Part shown: positions 21,161 through 30,291 of the stretch, piece by piece
Layout: every line of letters begins with the position of its first letter
Position numbering within the stretch: position 1 is the first letter of the stretch
Source of the DNA: an uncultured Gammaproteobacteria bacterium
GTDB taxonomy: Bacteria > Pseudomonadota > Gammaproteobacteria > JABCZS01
NCBI GenBank assembly: GCA_963848305.1
Contig: CAWKDC010000001.1
Coordinates: 64,001 to 128,000 of the forward strand
DNA: 64,000 nucleotides
Direction of reading: 5' to 3'
Program-made: the position numbers and the translations under genes
Notes under the pieces: generated by a model
Databases searched by the model: none
What the model saw: the letters and a program-made list of their open reading frames with translations, nothing else
What the model was told of the DNA's origin: nothing

Positions 21161-22048
21161 CTACTGCTGATTGCTTCCTGCCTTCGGTTCTTCCACGCCG
21201 CCGGTAATCTTTGAATTCACGCGGAACTTGCGATAGTCGCTGTATGTCGAGGTGCCATTGAGGGACTTATGAAGGAAGAGAAGGCGGGCATGCAGATGAA
21301 ACTCACCGTAGGACGGCATCCAGATCTCGTTATTCACGAACCGCTGCTCCAGAACGACGTTTCCGCCCTTCTGCACGGAGGCCAACAGGCCGCCTCCCAC
21401 CTTCACACTCTCGAGGAAACGGGCTTCCAGGCGCACGCCCTGCTTGGCCTGCTCGTCAATCCAGAGGGTTCCTCCCAAGGATTTCAGTAGCTTATCGACC
21501 AGAGAATGGGGCTCAAATTCCGGGCGGGGCGCAAAATCCATTGCATAAACCTCGCGCCCCTGATAGGTGTCGCGACGCAGATTGTAGAAGCAGTCCGCCG
21601 CTAAGAATTTCGCCAAAGTAATCGCGTCCTTGCCGGGGTTCTCGCCTGCCTCCCGTTTGGCAACTTTCTGGCGGGCCTCGGCTTCCTGTTTACGGACGTC
21701 GTCGTCCTGCTTCTTGCTTTCCCTCTCGGTTAAGGGCTTGCCCTCTCTGCTCACCAGTCGCTCAATTTCCCAAGGGCCGATAAAATAGACCTCGTACTCC
21801 TTGATCTCGGTCGATTTCACGCGCCCCTGGGAGTCAAACTTCTCATCTTCATCCTTGCGATGAAATATGTAGTCCTTGCGTGCTGCCTCAATCTGTTTTT
21901 GGTTCTCCCAAACGGTTTTGATGAGCGTCGTAGGGTCGGGGGAGGCCGCATTGCGGGCTGCGGGTTCGGGGGGAACGGCCTTGCCCTGCGGATAAAGCGT
22001 TAATGCCCCGGCAGCAGTAAGCGACGTGAGGCACGCAACTCGGGCCAA
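21161..22048 (-). CDS. Hypothetical exported protein (beta-rich, lipoprotein-sorting-like fold suspected)
   Basis: 295-aa ORF with signal peptide; DF.P, GTLWIDEQ, W.PS, YSDYRKF pattern. Confidence 0.65.
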   Translation of the reverse strand: MARVACLTSLTAAGALTLYPQGKAVPPEPAARNAASPDPTTLIKTVWENQKQIEAARKDYIFHRKDEDEKFDSQGRVKSTEIKEYEVYFIGPWEIERLVSREGKPLTERESKKQDDDVRKQEAEARQKVAKREAGENPGKDAITLAKFLAADCFYNLRRDTYQGREVYAMDFAPRPEFEPHSLVDKLLKSLGGTLWIDEQAKQGVRLEARFLESVKVGGGLLASVQKGGNVVLEQRFVNNEIWMPSYGEFHLHARLLFLHKSLNGTSTYSDYRKFRVNSKITGGVEEPKAGSNQQ

Positions 22049-22090
22049 TGCCAGGAAAATTAAGGATGGGGAAAAAGGGCTTTGAATATT

Positions 22091-22165
22091 TGGCTCCTCG
22101 GCCAGGACTCGAACCTGGAACCCTTCGGTTAACAGCCGAATGCTCTACCATTGAGCTACCGAGGA
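22091..22165 (-). tRNA. tRNA-Asn (GTT)
   Basis: TCCTCGGTAGCTCAATGGTAGAGCATTCGGCTGTTAACCGAAGGGTTCCAGGTTCGAGTCCTGGCCGAGGAGCCA; full cloverleaf, encoded CCA. Confidence 0.97.
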
Positions 22166-22206
22166 GTGTACCTACACCTTAAACATCGGCGTAAGCGAGC
22201 TTTAAG

Positions 22207-22236
22207 TTTATAGCACAGAGGGAAAAAGGTCGTCAA
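22207..22236 (-). promoter_or_regulatory. Promoter of tRNA-Asn
   Basis: TTGACG-N18-TATAAA with TGn extended -10. Confidence 0.55.
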
Positions 22237-22348
22237 CTGCGGCACCAAAATCGGGTGCGCGACATAAATGTGACGGTTTGGGTTGGCTCTTTTTTTGTCG
22301 CTCATATCCTTACGTATATGATACGTTAGGACAAAGGAGACTCTAAAT

Positions 22349-22753
22349 ATGCCCCCCTCACTGGATGTTCTCGTGAACCAACGGGCCGAATTGCTCCGCC
22401 AGATCGCGCAACTCGGTGACCTCCGCAGTGGTTCTATCACCAGCATTACCGGTCGCTGCGGCAAGCCCAATTGTCGTTGTCATCAGCCGAACCATCCCGG
22501 CCATGGCCCCAACTTCCGTCTGACCCACAAGGTGCAGGGCAAGACGGTGAGCGAAACCTTCCCCAGTCCGGCCGCCCGACGCCAAGCGGAACAGCAGATT
22601 GCCGAGTTCCGCACCTTTCAACAACTGAGCCGGGCCTTCCTGGAGGTGAACGAAAAGATTTGTCGCCAGCGTCCCTTGCCGGCGGAGACGGAAGGGGCGG
22701 AGCAGGAAAAAAAACAGCGCAAGCCATTCAGCGGGAAGTCGCGCAAGAAGTAG
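22349..22753 (+). CDS. IS OrfA (DUF6788-like, CGKPNCRC...HGP)
   Basis: GGAG RBS; R.GS.....RCGKPNCRC....GHGP motif; A8 run at its 3' end. Confidence 0.8.
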   Translation: MPPSLDVLVNQRAELLRQIAQLGDLRSGSITSITGRCGKPNCRCHQPNHPGHGPNFRLTHKVQGKTVSETFPSPAARRQAEQQIAEFRTFQQLSRAFLEVNEKICRQRPLPAETEGAEQEKKQRKPFSGKSRKK

Positions 22754-24057
22754 AGTCGCTGTTGGCAGTCATCTTTGCCGGACGACGCCAGTCTGGCGGG
22801 CTGGATTTGGAAGCCGTGGAGATGGCCACGCGCGCGGCCTTGCACCAGGCGGGGGCGGCGGTGCTGGAGGAGTTGCTGGCTGCCCCGGACGAGTATCCTC
22901 GACAAGTTCCTTGTGGCTGCGGCCAGTCGGCGTACTACCACGAGAACCGTCCCAAGCAACTGCTCACCGTGCTGGGGCGGGTGGAGACGGAACGTCCCTA
23001 CTATGTCTGCCCGGCCTGTCACCAGGGGCAGAGTCCGCGCGATCAAGAGTTGGATGTGGAAGGCACGGAATATTCTCCTGGGGTGCGGCGGATGATGGCG
23101 GTGGTGGGCAGCGAGACCTCCTTTGACCAGGGGCGGGAACAACTCGAACTGCTGGCCGGATTGCCGGTGACGACCAAGGCCGTGGAACGCCACGCGGAAG
23201 CTCTGGGCGCGGAGATGGTCGCCCAGGAGCAAGCCGCCCTCCAGCGGGGCCTGCCCCTACCCTTGGCGGGACCGGCCGTTCCGGTGCTCTATGTCGAGAT
23301 GGATGGGACGGGAGTGCCGGTGGTGAGCGCGGAAACCGTAGGGCGAGTGGGGAAACAGACCGCGCAGGCGCGCACGCGGGAAGTGAAACTGGGGTGTGTC
23401 TTCACCCAAACGACGGTGGATGCCCGCGGCCGACCGAGGCGTGAGGAAGGCTCGACCACCTACACGGGAGGCATCGAAACGGCGGAGGCGTTTGGGCGGC
23501 GCATCTGTTTCGAAGCGTACCAGCGGGGCTGGAACCGCGCCCAGAAGAAAGTCGTCATCGGCGACGGTGCCCCATGGATTTGGAACCTCACCGCCGAGCA
23601 CTTTCCGGGAGCGATTCAGATCGTGGATCTTTATCACGCCCGTCAGCACTTATGGGAACTGGCGGGCAAGCTCTGGCCGAGCGACGACCGCCGCCGCCGA
23701 AAGTGGACCCGCCAACAGCAAAAAAAGCTGCAGGCGGGGCGCATCGAATCCCTGCGGCGCGGGCTGCGCTCGCTCTCTCCTGCCACCCCCGAGGCCGCCG
23801 AACTCCTGCGCCACACGGCCGATTATTTCGCCGTCAACGCGCCACGCATGCGCTACCCGGCGTTTCGGCGACAGCATCTGTTTGTGGGCTCTGGGGTCGT
23901 CGAAGCGGGCTGCAAGACTCTGATCGGCAATCGCCTCAAACGCTCCGGTATGTTCTGGAGGGTCCGAGCGGCCAACGCCATCATCGCTCTTCGCTGCCAT
24001 CGCTTGAGTGGTAAATTCGAGGATTACTGGGAGAACCGCCGGGGCCAGGCCGCGTGA
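22707..24057 (+). CDS. ISKra4-family DDE transposase (OrfB, in the -1 frame relative to OrfA)
   Basis: CGCG/CPAC Zn-like motifs, EMDGTG, IGDGAPWIW, DLYHA, GSGVVEAGCK, RLKRSGMFW. Confidence 0.9.
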
Positions 24058-24253
24058 CTCTCACAGATTTGTCGCGCACCCACCAAAATCGGGCGACTCC
24101 AAGATTGCGCACGCGACACCACGAATGATTAGCGTAAGGCCGAAAATTCAAAGTACATCGCTAAGGGTGAATCGGGATCGTGAACGCTCCCTCCACGAGT
24201 TAACCGGCAGGGTTGCGAGCCCTCCGGATTCGACCCCTACACTTTTTGGTGTA

Positions 24254-25117
24254 TCACGTTGTGCTTTCAACCTGGCAAATCTCTGTCAGGATCACGGTGA
24301 TGTTGTCCGGACCACCGCCTTCATTGGCGCGGGTAACCAGATGCGCAGCTTTCTCATAAAGTCCGGCCTCAAGTTCCAGGGACTCGACGATGTCTGCCGG
24401 AGATACAACTTTGTACAATCCATCACTGCACAGCAAAAGTAGATCTTGTGGCTCCAGGTCAAGCGCCGCCATAATGACTTCAATCTTCGCTTGTGATCCC
24501 ACCGCCTGGACCAGCATCTCCTGGATATGCGCATCCACTTTGGTGAAGTCTTCACCCCGGCTGCGCAACTGGTTTCCGATGGTCTGATCCTGGGTTAACA
24601 AAACCAAATTTCCCTCACGGAGAAGATACGCGCGCGAATCCCCCACCTGCGCGATATCGGCGTGTTCCCCTTGCAAAAGCGCCGCGGTCAGGGTCGTCCC
24701 CATCGTCAATTTCTCGACGTAGCCTTGGGCATGGGCAAACACGGCATGGTGCGTGACCTCTACCGTTTTTTGCAGAGCAGAGGGCAAGTCCGGATCGCCA
24801 TTTTCTGAAACCTGAAGCTGGGTCAGGATTTCCTTGGCAAGCATTTCCACGCACAAACGGCTTGCCTCTTCACCACGAAAGTGGCCGCCCATGCCGTCCG
24901 CCACCGCCACCAGCAACCCGCCTTTTTCAATCTCGACAAGTCCCGGTCCGGCAAAGCGTGGAGCACTTCCGCCATCCAAGGGCAAAACCAGAAGGTTATC
25001 TTGATTGTTGTGCCGTCGGCGGCCCACATCGGTGACGTGAGCGACACGTGCATAGAGCCGGGGCTCGCCGTTCCTGTCATCATTTATGGGCGATAGTTCC
25101 GGCGACTGATCTGCCAC
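24254..25117 (-). CDS. PP2C-family Ser/Thr protein phosphatase
   Basis: TDVGRRR.NNQD, VADGMGG, MGTT, VGDSRAY, LLCSDGL, GGPDNIT. Confidence 0.93.
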   Translation of the reverse strand: MADQSPELSPINDDRNGEPRLYARVAHVTDVGRRRHNNQDNLLVLPLDGGSAPRFAGPGLVEIEKGGLLVAVADGMGGHFRGEEASRLCVEMLAKEILTQLQVSENGDPDLPSALQKTVEVTHHAVFAHAQGYVEKLTMGTTLTAALLQGEHADIAQVGDSRAYLLREGNLVLLTQDQTIGNQLRSRGEDFTKVDAHIQEMLVQAVGSQAKIEVIMAALDLEPQDLLLLCSDGLYKVVSPADIVESLELEAGLYEKAAHLVTRANEGGGPDNITVILTEICQVESTT

Positions 25118-25310
25118 GAGGAAGATTCCTCCTCACTTCGCGTTTTTTGGGTTATTTTTGCCAGGTCATCTCAACCCATGCAGTTTAGCGAAAATTCCGG
25201 GAAATGCAAGCCACGGAATCCACTACGAATACCCCACGAACCCCTCGTTTGCCGATGTCCAGTGGTGCATGAGTGAAACTTCCCTGGCCACATCGATCAT
25301 AGCCCTTTTA

Positions 25311-25498
25311 TTTTCATGGACATTTCCTGGAAAAAAGGTAACCGCCTTTGTTTTCTATGACATTCCCGGTTCCACATTTTTCGGCTATTATCTCATTGGT
25401 TTTCATCAATATTCCCGGTTGTTGACTAACCACCTGTCTTATCAATGACATTCCCGGATATTCCCCGCCGGCATCCTGTGTTTTCAATAACATTCAGG
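25311..25498. repeat. Array of five degenerate 19-bp direct repeats (consensus TTTTCAATGACATTCCCGG) with unique spacers
   Basis: Copies start at 25311, 25351, 25400, 25439 and 25481 (periods 40, 49, 39, 42). Confidence 0.75.
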
Positions 25499-25671
25499 CT
25501 TCGCTCGTCATTTTCAGTGCAATTTCTTCTTGGGGATTCCGTAGGGCCTAGTTGCCCCAAAAAGAGTTCCATCATCCCTTTTTCCGCCGCGGGAAACAGG
25601 TTTACGGTTTGGGCGCGAAAATGGCTCGGGGCTTCTTCAGAGGGCGGAGTGGGGAATTTGCGCAGTGGCAC
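25426..25671 (-). CDS. Possible small protein (81 aa) running into the repeat array
   Basis: GTG start with GAGG upstream, directly downstream of a near-consensus promoter; the repeats translate as NVIENTG / NVIDKTG. Confidence 0.35.
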   Translation of the reverse strand: MPLRKFPTPPSEEAPSHFRAQTVNLFPAAEKGMMELFLGQLGPTESPRRNCTENDERSLNVIENTGCRRGISGNVIDKTGG

Positions 25672-25701
25672 GACGGCGCCTCGCTTCTAGCTACCTTGTC
25701 T

Positions 25702-25729
25702 AGTATACACGATAGCCTAATATTGTCAA
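25702..25729 (-). promoter_or_regulatory. Near-consensus sigma70 promoter facing the repeat array
   Basis: TTGACA-N16-TATACT. Confidence 0.55.
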
Positions 25730-26034
25730 GAGACATTATGCCCGAAACGGACGATTGCCAGCTCAGGCTCGCCGTAGCCTTACAATCAGGCAGTGTCCCA
25801 TGACCATCGCCAAGCCTTGGAGGTTACAGCACAAGGGCACGATGGCTTTCATCACGGGGCTGCCGACCGTAAACCAGGAAGGATATCACCACGGAGTGTC
25901 TGCCAGCCGCCGGCGGGTCCATAGTTGGCAGAAACTTCAGTTTCGGCCTACGCAGAATCAATAACTTACGTGAAGTTTCCGGAGAGGGCACAGAGGTCGC
26001 GGAGAACAGGCGGAGAAAAAGCAAGGGTCCCGAC

Positions 26035-26126
26035 CCCTTGCAAGGTCGGTGGCACAGGCACTCCTGCCTGTGCGCAATGCATAGAATGCATCAGCCCTCG
26101 GCACAGGCAGGAGTGCCCGTGCCACC
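26035..26126. repeat. REP-doublet (REPIN-like) palindrome
   Basis: GGTGGCACAGGCACTCCTGCCTGTGC ... GCACAGGCAGGAGTGCCCGTGCCACC; related copy at 29063-29203. Confidence 0.85.
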
Positions 26127-26162
26127 GCGCTCCTCGGCTGTTCCTGGCCACTATCCACTGCC

Positions 26163-29012
26163 TTACTCGTATCGCAGCGCCACCATGGGATCGACCTTAG
26201 CGGCCCGCCTGGCTGGGATGTAACTCGCCATGAGCGCCACTCCGATGAGCAGGAGCGCAACGAACAAATACGTCGGCCAGTCGTTGGGCTTGACATCGTA
26301 GAGCAAGCTCGACAATACCCGCGTCACCACAAGCCCGGCAGCAGCTCCGGCTCCCACTCCCAGCACAGTTAAACTAATTCCTCGCGTCATAATAAGCGCT
26401 ATTACCTTCCGCCGTTCAGCCCCTAGCGCAATGCGGATACCGATTTCACGGGTGCGGCGAGTGACTTCATAGGAAAGCAAGCCGTAAAGTCCAACGCAAG
26501 CAAGCAGCAGCGCCAGCAATCCGAAAAAGCTTGCAAGGCGCGCAATCATGCGCTCCTGCGTCACGAGGCCTTCGATGCTTTCGGATTGGGTACGTACCGC
26601 AAACAGCGGAAGATTGCTGTCCAGACGCTTCGCGAGTTCACGCACGGTAGGGACCAGAATGGAAGGATTCAAAGCAGTGCGGATTTCAAAATGAGCTCCG
26701 CCGCCTGTCAGTGGAACGTAGACGGCGGGATGAATTTCGCGGCGCAAATCGCTGTCTTTGGTGTCGCCCACGACCCCGGCGATTTCCCACTGGCGCGATT
26801 TAGGCTTGCCCACGGCGGAATCTCCGCTTGTTCCCTGGCTGTCTCCTTGGCCCAACATTTTGCCAAGCGGATTCTGGTTCAAGAAATACTGGCGAACAAA
26901 GGCCGCGTTGACGAGGACGGGAATCGGCAGGCCAACTTCCGCTGACGATTTTGCCGCCGCTGACGCAGCCTGGGAAGATGCACCGTGTTGGGGAGAGTCC
27001 CCGGAGGAAGCGGCTTGGGCTGCCTGGTTGAAGTCCGCGGCCGTGAACGTCCGGCCTTCGAGCAGCGGAATGCGCAGGGTCTTCAGGAAATCCGGCCCAA
27101 TGGCGAGCATATCCACTTCTTCCGTCGTCTTTTGGGGCTGTCCTTCCACGTGGACGTCGGTGGTCCAAAGGCTGCCACTAAGCAACGCGTCCGAAGAGTA
27201 GCTGACCGAGATGACACCCGGAAGAGCGGCGATTTGATCCTGCAAGTTGCGGTAAAGGCTTTGAATCTGCGCATCCCGGTATTTTTCCAGGGTGGGATTG
27301 ATGCCGAAGAGCAAGACGTTTCGGGTGTCGAAACCGGGGTTGATGCTGTGGAGGTTTTCGAGCGTTCGTACCATCAGGCCCGCACCAACGAGAACAATCA
27401 TGGAGAGCCCTACCTGGACGACCACGAGCGTCTTCTCCAGATGCCATCGCCGGCCCGCGTGCCTCCCTCCCCCGGGAAGCGTGGAGGCATTTTCCTTGAG
27501 CGCCGACGTCAAATCGAGGCGCGTGCTGCGGAATGCCGGTGCGAGGCCGAAAACGATTCCGGTGAGAAGTGAGACTGAAAGCGTAAATGTAAGGGCGCGC
27601 CAATCCGGCTCGACCGCAAAAGGAAACGGGCTGTCGGCATTGCCCAAGATGAACGCTGTCATGCCTCGGACGCCCCAAACCGCCAAAAGCACTCCCAGCA
27701 TGCCCCCGGCCAGTGAGAGCGTGACGCTTTCAGTCAGCAGTTGGCGCACAATCGTCCAGCGTCCAGCGCCCATGGCCAGGCGAACCGCCATTTCTTTCTG
27801 CCGGGCCGTAGCGCGCGCCAGCAGCAAGCCGGCCACGTTCGCGCAAGCAATCAAAAGGACAAAACCCACGGCACACATCAGGACGTAGAGTGGCTTGGAA
27901 AAGAACATGCGCTGGCCTGTGAGCCCCTGCTGAGCTGGAACGAGGACGATTCTGGGGTCGTCGGATTCCTTTGCAAGTGCCTTCGCGCCGTGCACCATCT
28001 CATTGCGAAAAATCAGAGTTGCCGCCGCTTGCGCCTGCCCAAGGGAAACCCCGGCTTTAAGACGGGCAACGATGACCAGCCACCAGTTGGTAGGGCCTTG
28101 GATGTCCCTCCCCCACGCAAGGTTCAAACGCGGAAACAGCGATAAGGTCAGGAAAAGGTCTTGCCGCTTCCCGGGAGAAAGCCTGGTAAAGCCGGGCTCC
28201 GCCACGCCCACAATTGTGAACGGTACGCTATTCAAGAAGATGGTCCGGCCAATGGCGGCGCGTTCCCCCGCGAAAGCAGTCTGCCAATAGGCGTAGCTCA
28301 GGACAACGGCCGGCAAGGCGGAAGGGAGGTCGTCACCCGGGCCGAGCGTGCGCCCCAACACGGCCTTCACGCCCAGGGTGGAGAAGTAATCGCCAGAAAC
28401 AAGTTCGCTCTGTACCATGCGCGCCAGTCCGTTGCCGCTGAGGACTAGGTCCGGGGGTCCCGCAAACGCCGCTGCTCCGGAAAACACATCTTTCTGAGAA
28501 CGGATCGACTCGAAAAAGGGGTACGGCATAGAACAGCCGGATGGATCCTTGGCACTGCCCTTTTCGCAATCGCCGTAGGAACTGACCGAATTGGCGTGCG
28601 GCGACTTATGTGCGGTCCAGCGCAGCACCACGAGTTGCGATGGGTCGCGGACCGGCAAGGAGCGCAACATGACCGCATCAATCAGAGTGAAGATCGCCGT
28701 GTTCGCCCCGATGCCGAGACCAAGCGTGATCACCGCCACAGCGGTAAAGCCGGGGTTTTTTCGGAGCATGCGCAGAGCGTACCGCAGGTCTTGCAGCAGG
28801 GTTTCAAGCCAGCGATAACCCCACATGTCGCGCGTCACCTCCTTGACCAAGGTGACGTTGCCGAATTCGCGGACGGCTGAAGTGCGGGCGTGCTCGGCGG
28901 TTTCGCCCTGCTCTATGCGCCCCTGCGCGGCCATGCGCAGATGACTCTGGACCTCTTCCTCTAATTCCTCTTCACGCTGCCGCCGGTGAAACAAACAGTC
29001 CCAGAGAGTCAT
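26163..29012 (-). CDS. Duplicated orphan ABC-transporter permease (ADOP, MacB/FtsX-like)
   Basis: EEEVQSHL..., QDLRYALRMLRKNPGFT, LGIGANTAIF, LLIACANVA, RRTREIGIRIALGA, PARRAAKVDPMVALRYE. Confidence 0.93.
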   Translation of the reverse strand: MTLWDCLFHRRQREEELEEEVQSHLRMAAQGRIEQGETAEHARTSAVREFGNVTLVKEVTRDMWGYRWLETLLQDLRYALRMLRKNPGFTAVAVITLGLGIGANTAIFTLIDAVMLRSLPVRDPSQLVVLRWTAHKSPHANSVSSYGDCEKGSAKDPSGCSMPYPFFESIRSQKDVFSGAAAFAGPPDLVLSGNGLARMVQSELVSGDYFSTLGVKAVLGRTLGPGDDLPSALPAVVLSYAYWQTAFAGERAAIGRTIFLNSVPFTIVGVAEPGFTRLSPGKRQDLFLTLSLFPRLNLAWGRDIQGPTNWWLVIVARLKAGVSLGQAQAAATLIFRNEMVHGAKALAKESDDPRIVLVPAQQGLTGQRMFFSKPLYVLMCAVGFVLLIACANVAGLLLARATARQKEMAVRLAMGAGRWTIVRQLLTESVTLSLAGGMLGVLLAVWGVRGMTAFILGNADSPFPFAVEPDWRALTFTLSVSLLTGIVFGLAPAFRSTRLDLTSALKENASTLPGGGRHAGRRWHLEKTLVVVQVGLSMIVLVGAGLMVRTLENLHSINPGFDTRNVLLFGINPTLEKYRDAQIQSLYRNLQDQIAALPGVISVSYSSDALLSGSLWTTDVHVEGQPQKTTEEVDMLAIGPDFLKTLRIPLLEGRTFTAADFNQAAQAASSGDSPQHGASSQAASAAAKSSAEVGLPIPVLVNAAFVRQYFLNQNPLGKMLGQGDSQGTSGDSAVGKPKSRQWEIAGVVGDTKDSDLRREIHPAVYVPLTGGGAHFEIRTALNPSILVPTVRELAKRLDSNLPLFAVRTQSESIEGLVTQERMIARLASFFGLLALLLACVGLYGLLSYEVTRRTREIGIRIALGAERRKVIALIMTRGISLTVLGVGAGAAAGLVVTRVLSSLLYDVKPNDWPTYLFVALLLIGVALMASYIPARRAAKVDPMVALRYE

Positions 29013-29062
29013 GGCTGACCTTCTTTGCGTGCGAGATTCACGATCTCGGAATATTCGCTATT

Positions 29063-29203
29063 CCCTTGCAAGGTTGGTGGCACAGGCACTCCTGCCTGTG
29101 CCGAAGCCTGATGCATCCCATGCATTGTGCACAGGCAGGAGTGCCTGTGCCGAAGCCTGATGCATCCCATGCATTGTGCACAGGCAGGAGTGCCTGTGCC
29201 ACC
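29063..29203. repeat. REP-doublet copy with an internal 49-bp tandem duplication
   Basis: Same arms as 26035-26126; the unit CCGAAGCCTGATGCATCCCATGCATTGTGCACAGGCAGGAGTGCCTGTG occurs at 29101 and 29150. Confidence 0.85.
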
Positions 29204-29243
29204 TCACTCCAAAACGCTACGCGCATTTTCGTCCACTCCTAAT

Positions 29244-29597
29244 TCAATATTCCGGACTCATAACCCCCGCGATGGCGTTGACGATCTGCTCCCATCGGTC
29301 CTGCTCGCAAACCAACTGCTTCCTGCCGGAGGAAGTCAGGCGGTAGAACTTAGCGCGCTGGTTGCTCTCTGTCTGCTTCCATTCGGCGGTTATCCAACCC
29401 TGTTTTTCCAGCCGATGGAGCGCGGGGTAGAGCGACCCGGTCTCAACCTGCAAGACCTCGCCCGAGCGCCCATGAATGGATTGGCTGATTCCGTAGCCGT
29501 GTTGCGGCCCCCACTGCAGGGTCTGGAGAATGAGCATGTCCAGCGTCCCTTGCAGTAACTCAATGCGATTCTGATAGCGTTCCCTTTTTGGTTTCAT
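29244..29597 (-). CDS. PadR-family transcriptional regulator (acidobacterial type)
   Basis: LLQGTLDMLIL, HGYGI, GSLYPALHRLE, RAKFYRLT..GRKQL. Confidence 0.95.
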   Translation of the reverse strand: MKPKRERYQNRIELLQGTLDMLILQTLQWGPQHGYGISQSIHGRSGEVLQVETGSLYPALHRLEKQGWITAEWKQTESNQRAKFYRLTSSGRKQLVCEQDRWEQIVNAIAGVMSPEY

Positions 29598-29600
29598 GCT

Positions 29601-29633
29601 GTAGATAATCTACGCTTTACTAGAGAGTGTCAA
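29601..29633 (-). promoter_or_regulatory. padR promoter with palindromic operator candidate
   Basis: TTGACA at 29628-29633; perfect inverted repeat GTAGAT-A-ATCTAC at 29601-29613, 3 bp from the ATG. Confidence 0.55.
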
Positions 29634-29829
29634 CTACTCTTTTGGAGGCTTTTCGGCGGGGAACACGGTGCGGTGCTACCCCCTTCGAAAAGCCCAATTG
29701 GAATATGATGAAGCCGGGAGACAAACTGGAAATTCCGGTAAAATGGTGAGCAGGGCGATCATACTTTGTGGAGGAATTCGTTTGCAGACGAGTGGCAGCA
29801 CTCTCCCAGGCGAGGGCGGAGGTGACTCG

Positions 29830-30291
29830 ATGATCCAGTTTAAGGTGAATGGAGTTGAGCGCATATTTGACGGCGATCCCGAGATGCCGGTGCTTTGGTA
29901 CCTGCGCGACGTCCTGGGCCTGACGGGAACCAAGTTCGGTTGCGGAGTGGCGCTTTGCGGGGCGTGTACCGTGCACCGAAATGGAGAGGCGATCCGGTCA
30001 TGCGTGGTTCCTGTCCGCGTGGTAGCCGGCGCAGAAATCACGACGATAGAAGGCATCGCCGGAGCGGGTTTGCATTCCGTTCAGAAAGCCTGGATGGATC
30101 TCAACGTCCCGCAATGCGGCTACTGCCAGGCAGGACAGATCATGCAGGCGATCGCCCTGTTAAAGAGCAAACCGCGACCCAGCGATCAGGATATCAATGA
30201 GGGGATGTCCGGTAACATCTGCCGTTGCGGGACCTATCAGCGAATCCGCGCCGCTATTAAAGCTGCTGCGGTGGCGACGGAGGCGTCATGA
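29830..30291 (+). CDS. [2Fe-2S] subunit of an aldehyde/isoquinoline oxidoreductase (IorA-like)
   Basis: [32 protein letters not shown]; GGAGG RBS. Confidence 0.93.
   Translation: MIQFKVNGVERIFDGDPEMPVLWYLRDVLGLTGTKFGCGVALCGACTVHRNGEAIRSCVVPVRVVAGAEITTIEGIAGAGLHSVQKAWMDLNVPQCGYCQAGQIMQAIALLKSKPRPSDQDINEGMSGNICRCGTYQRIRAAIKAAAVATEAS

Larger units (their letters stand above)
22253..24081 (+). mobile_element. Complete ISKra4-family insertion sequence (IS256-like DDE superfamily)
   Basis: TIRs GGGTGCGCGACATAAATGTGA and TCACAGATTTGTCGCGCACCC (18/21); 9-bp target duplication ACCAAAATC at 22244-22252 and 24082-24090. Confidence 0.93.

Noticed and set aside
22471-22706. N-terminal extension of the transposase ORF as given in the ORF track
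   Set aside because: It overlaps OrfA and looks non-coding in this frame; the transposase-like sequence begins after the A8 run.
24190-24250. tRNA fragment or att site right of the IS (GGATTCGACCCC)
   Set aside because: Only a T-loop-like word; no cloverleaf and no match to either tRNA in the window.
25311-25498. CRISPR array
   Set aside because: Repeats are short, degenerate and non-palindromic with 20-30 bp spacers, and no cas genes are present; kept as an unexplained array.
29668-29829. Longest-ORF starts for several genes (also 1836-2987, 9005-9979, 41464, 57128, 61167)
   Set aside because: RBS position, gene overlaps and family N-termini favour the downstream starts used in the features.
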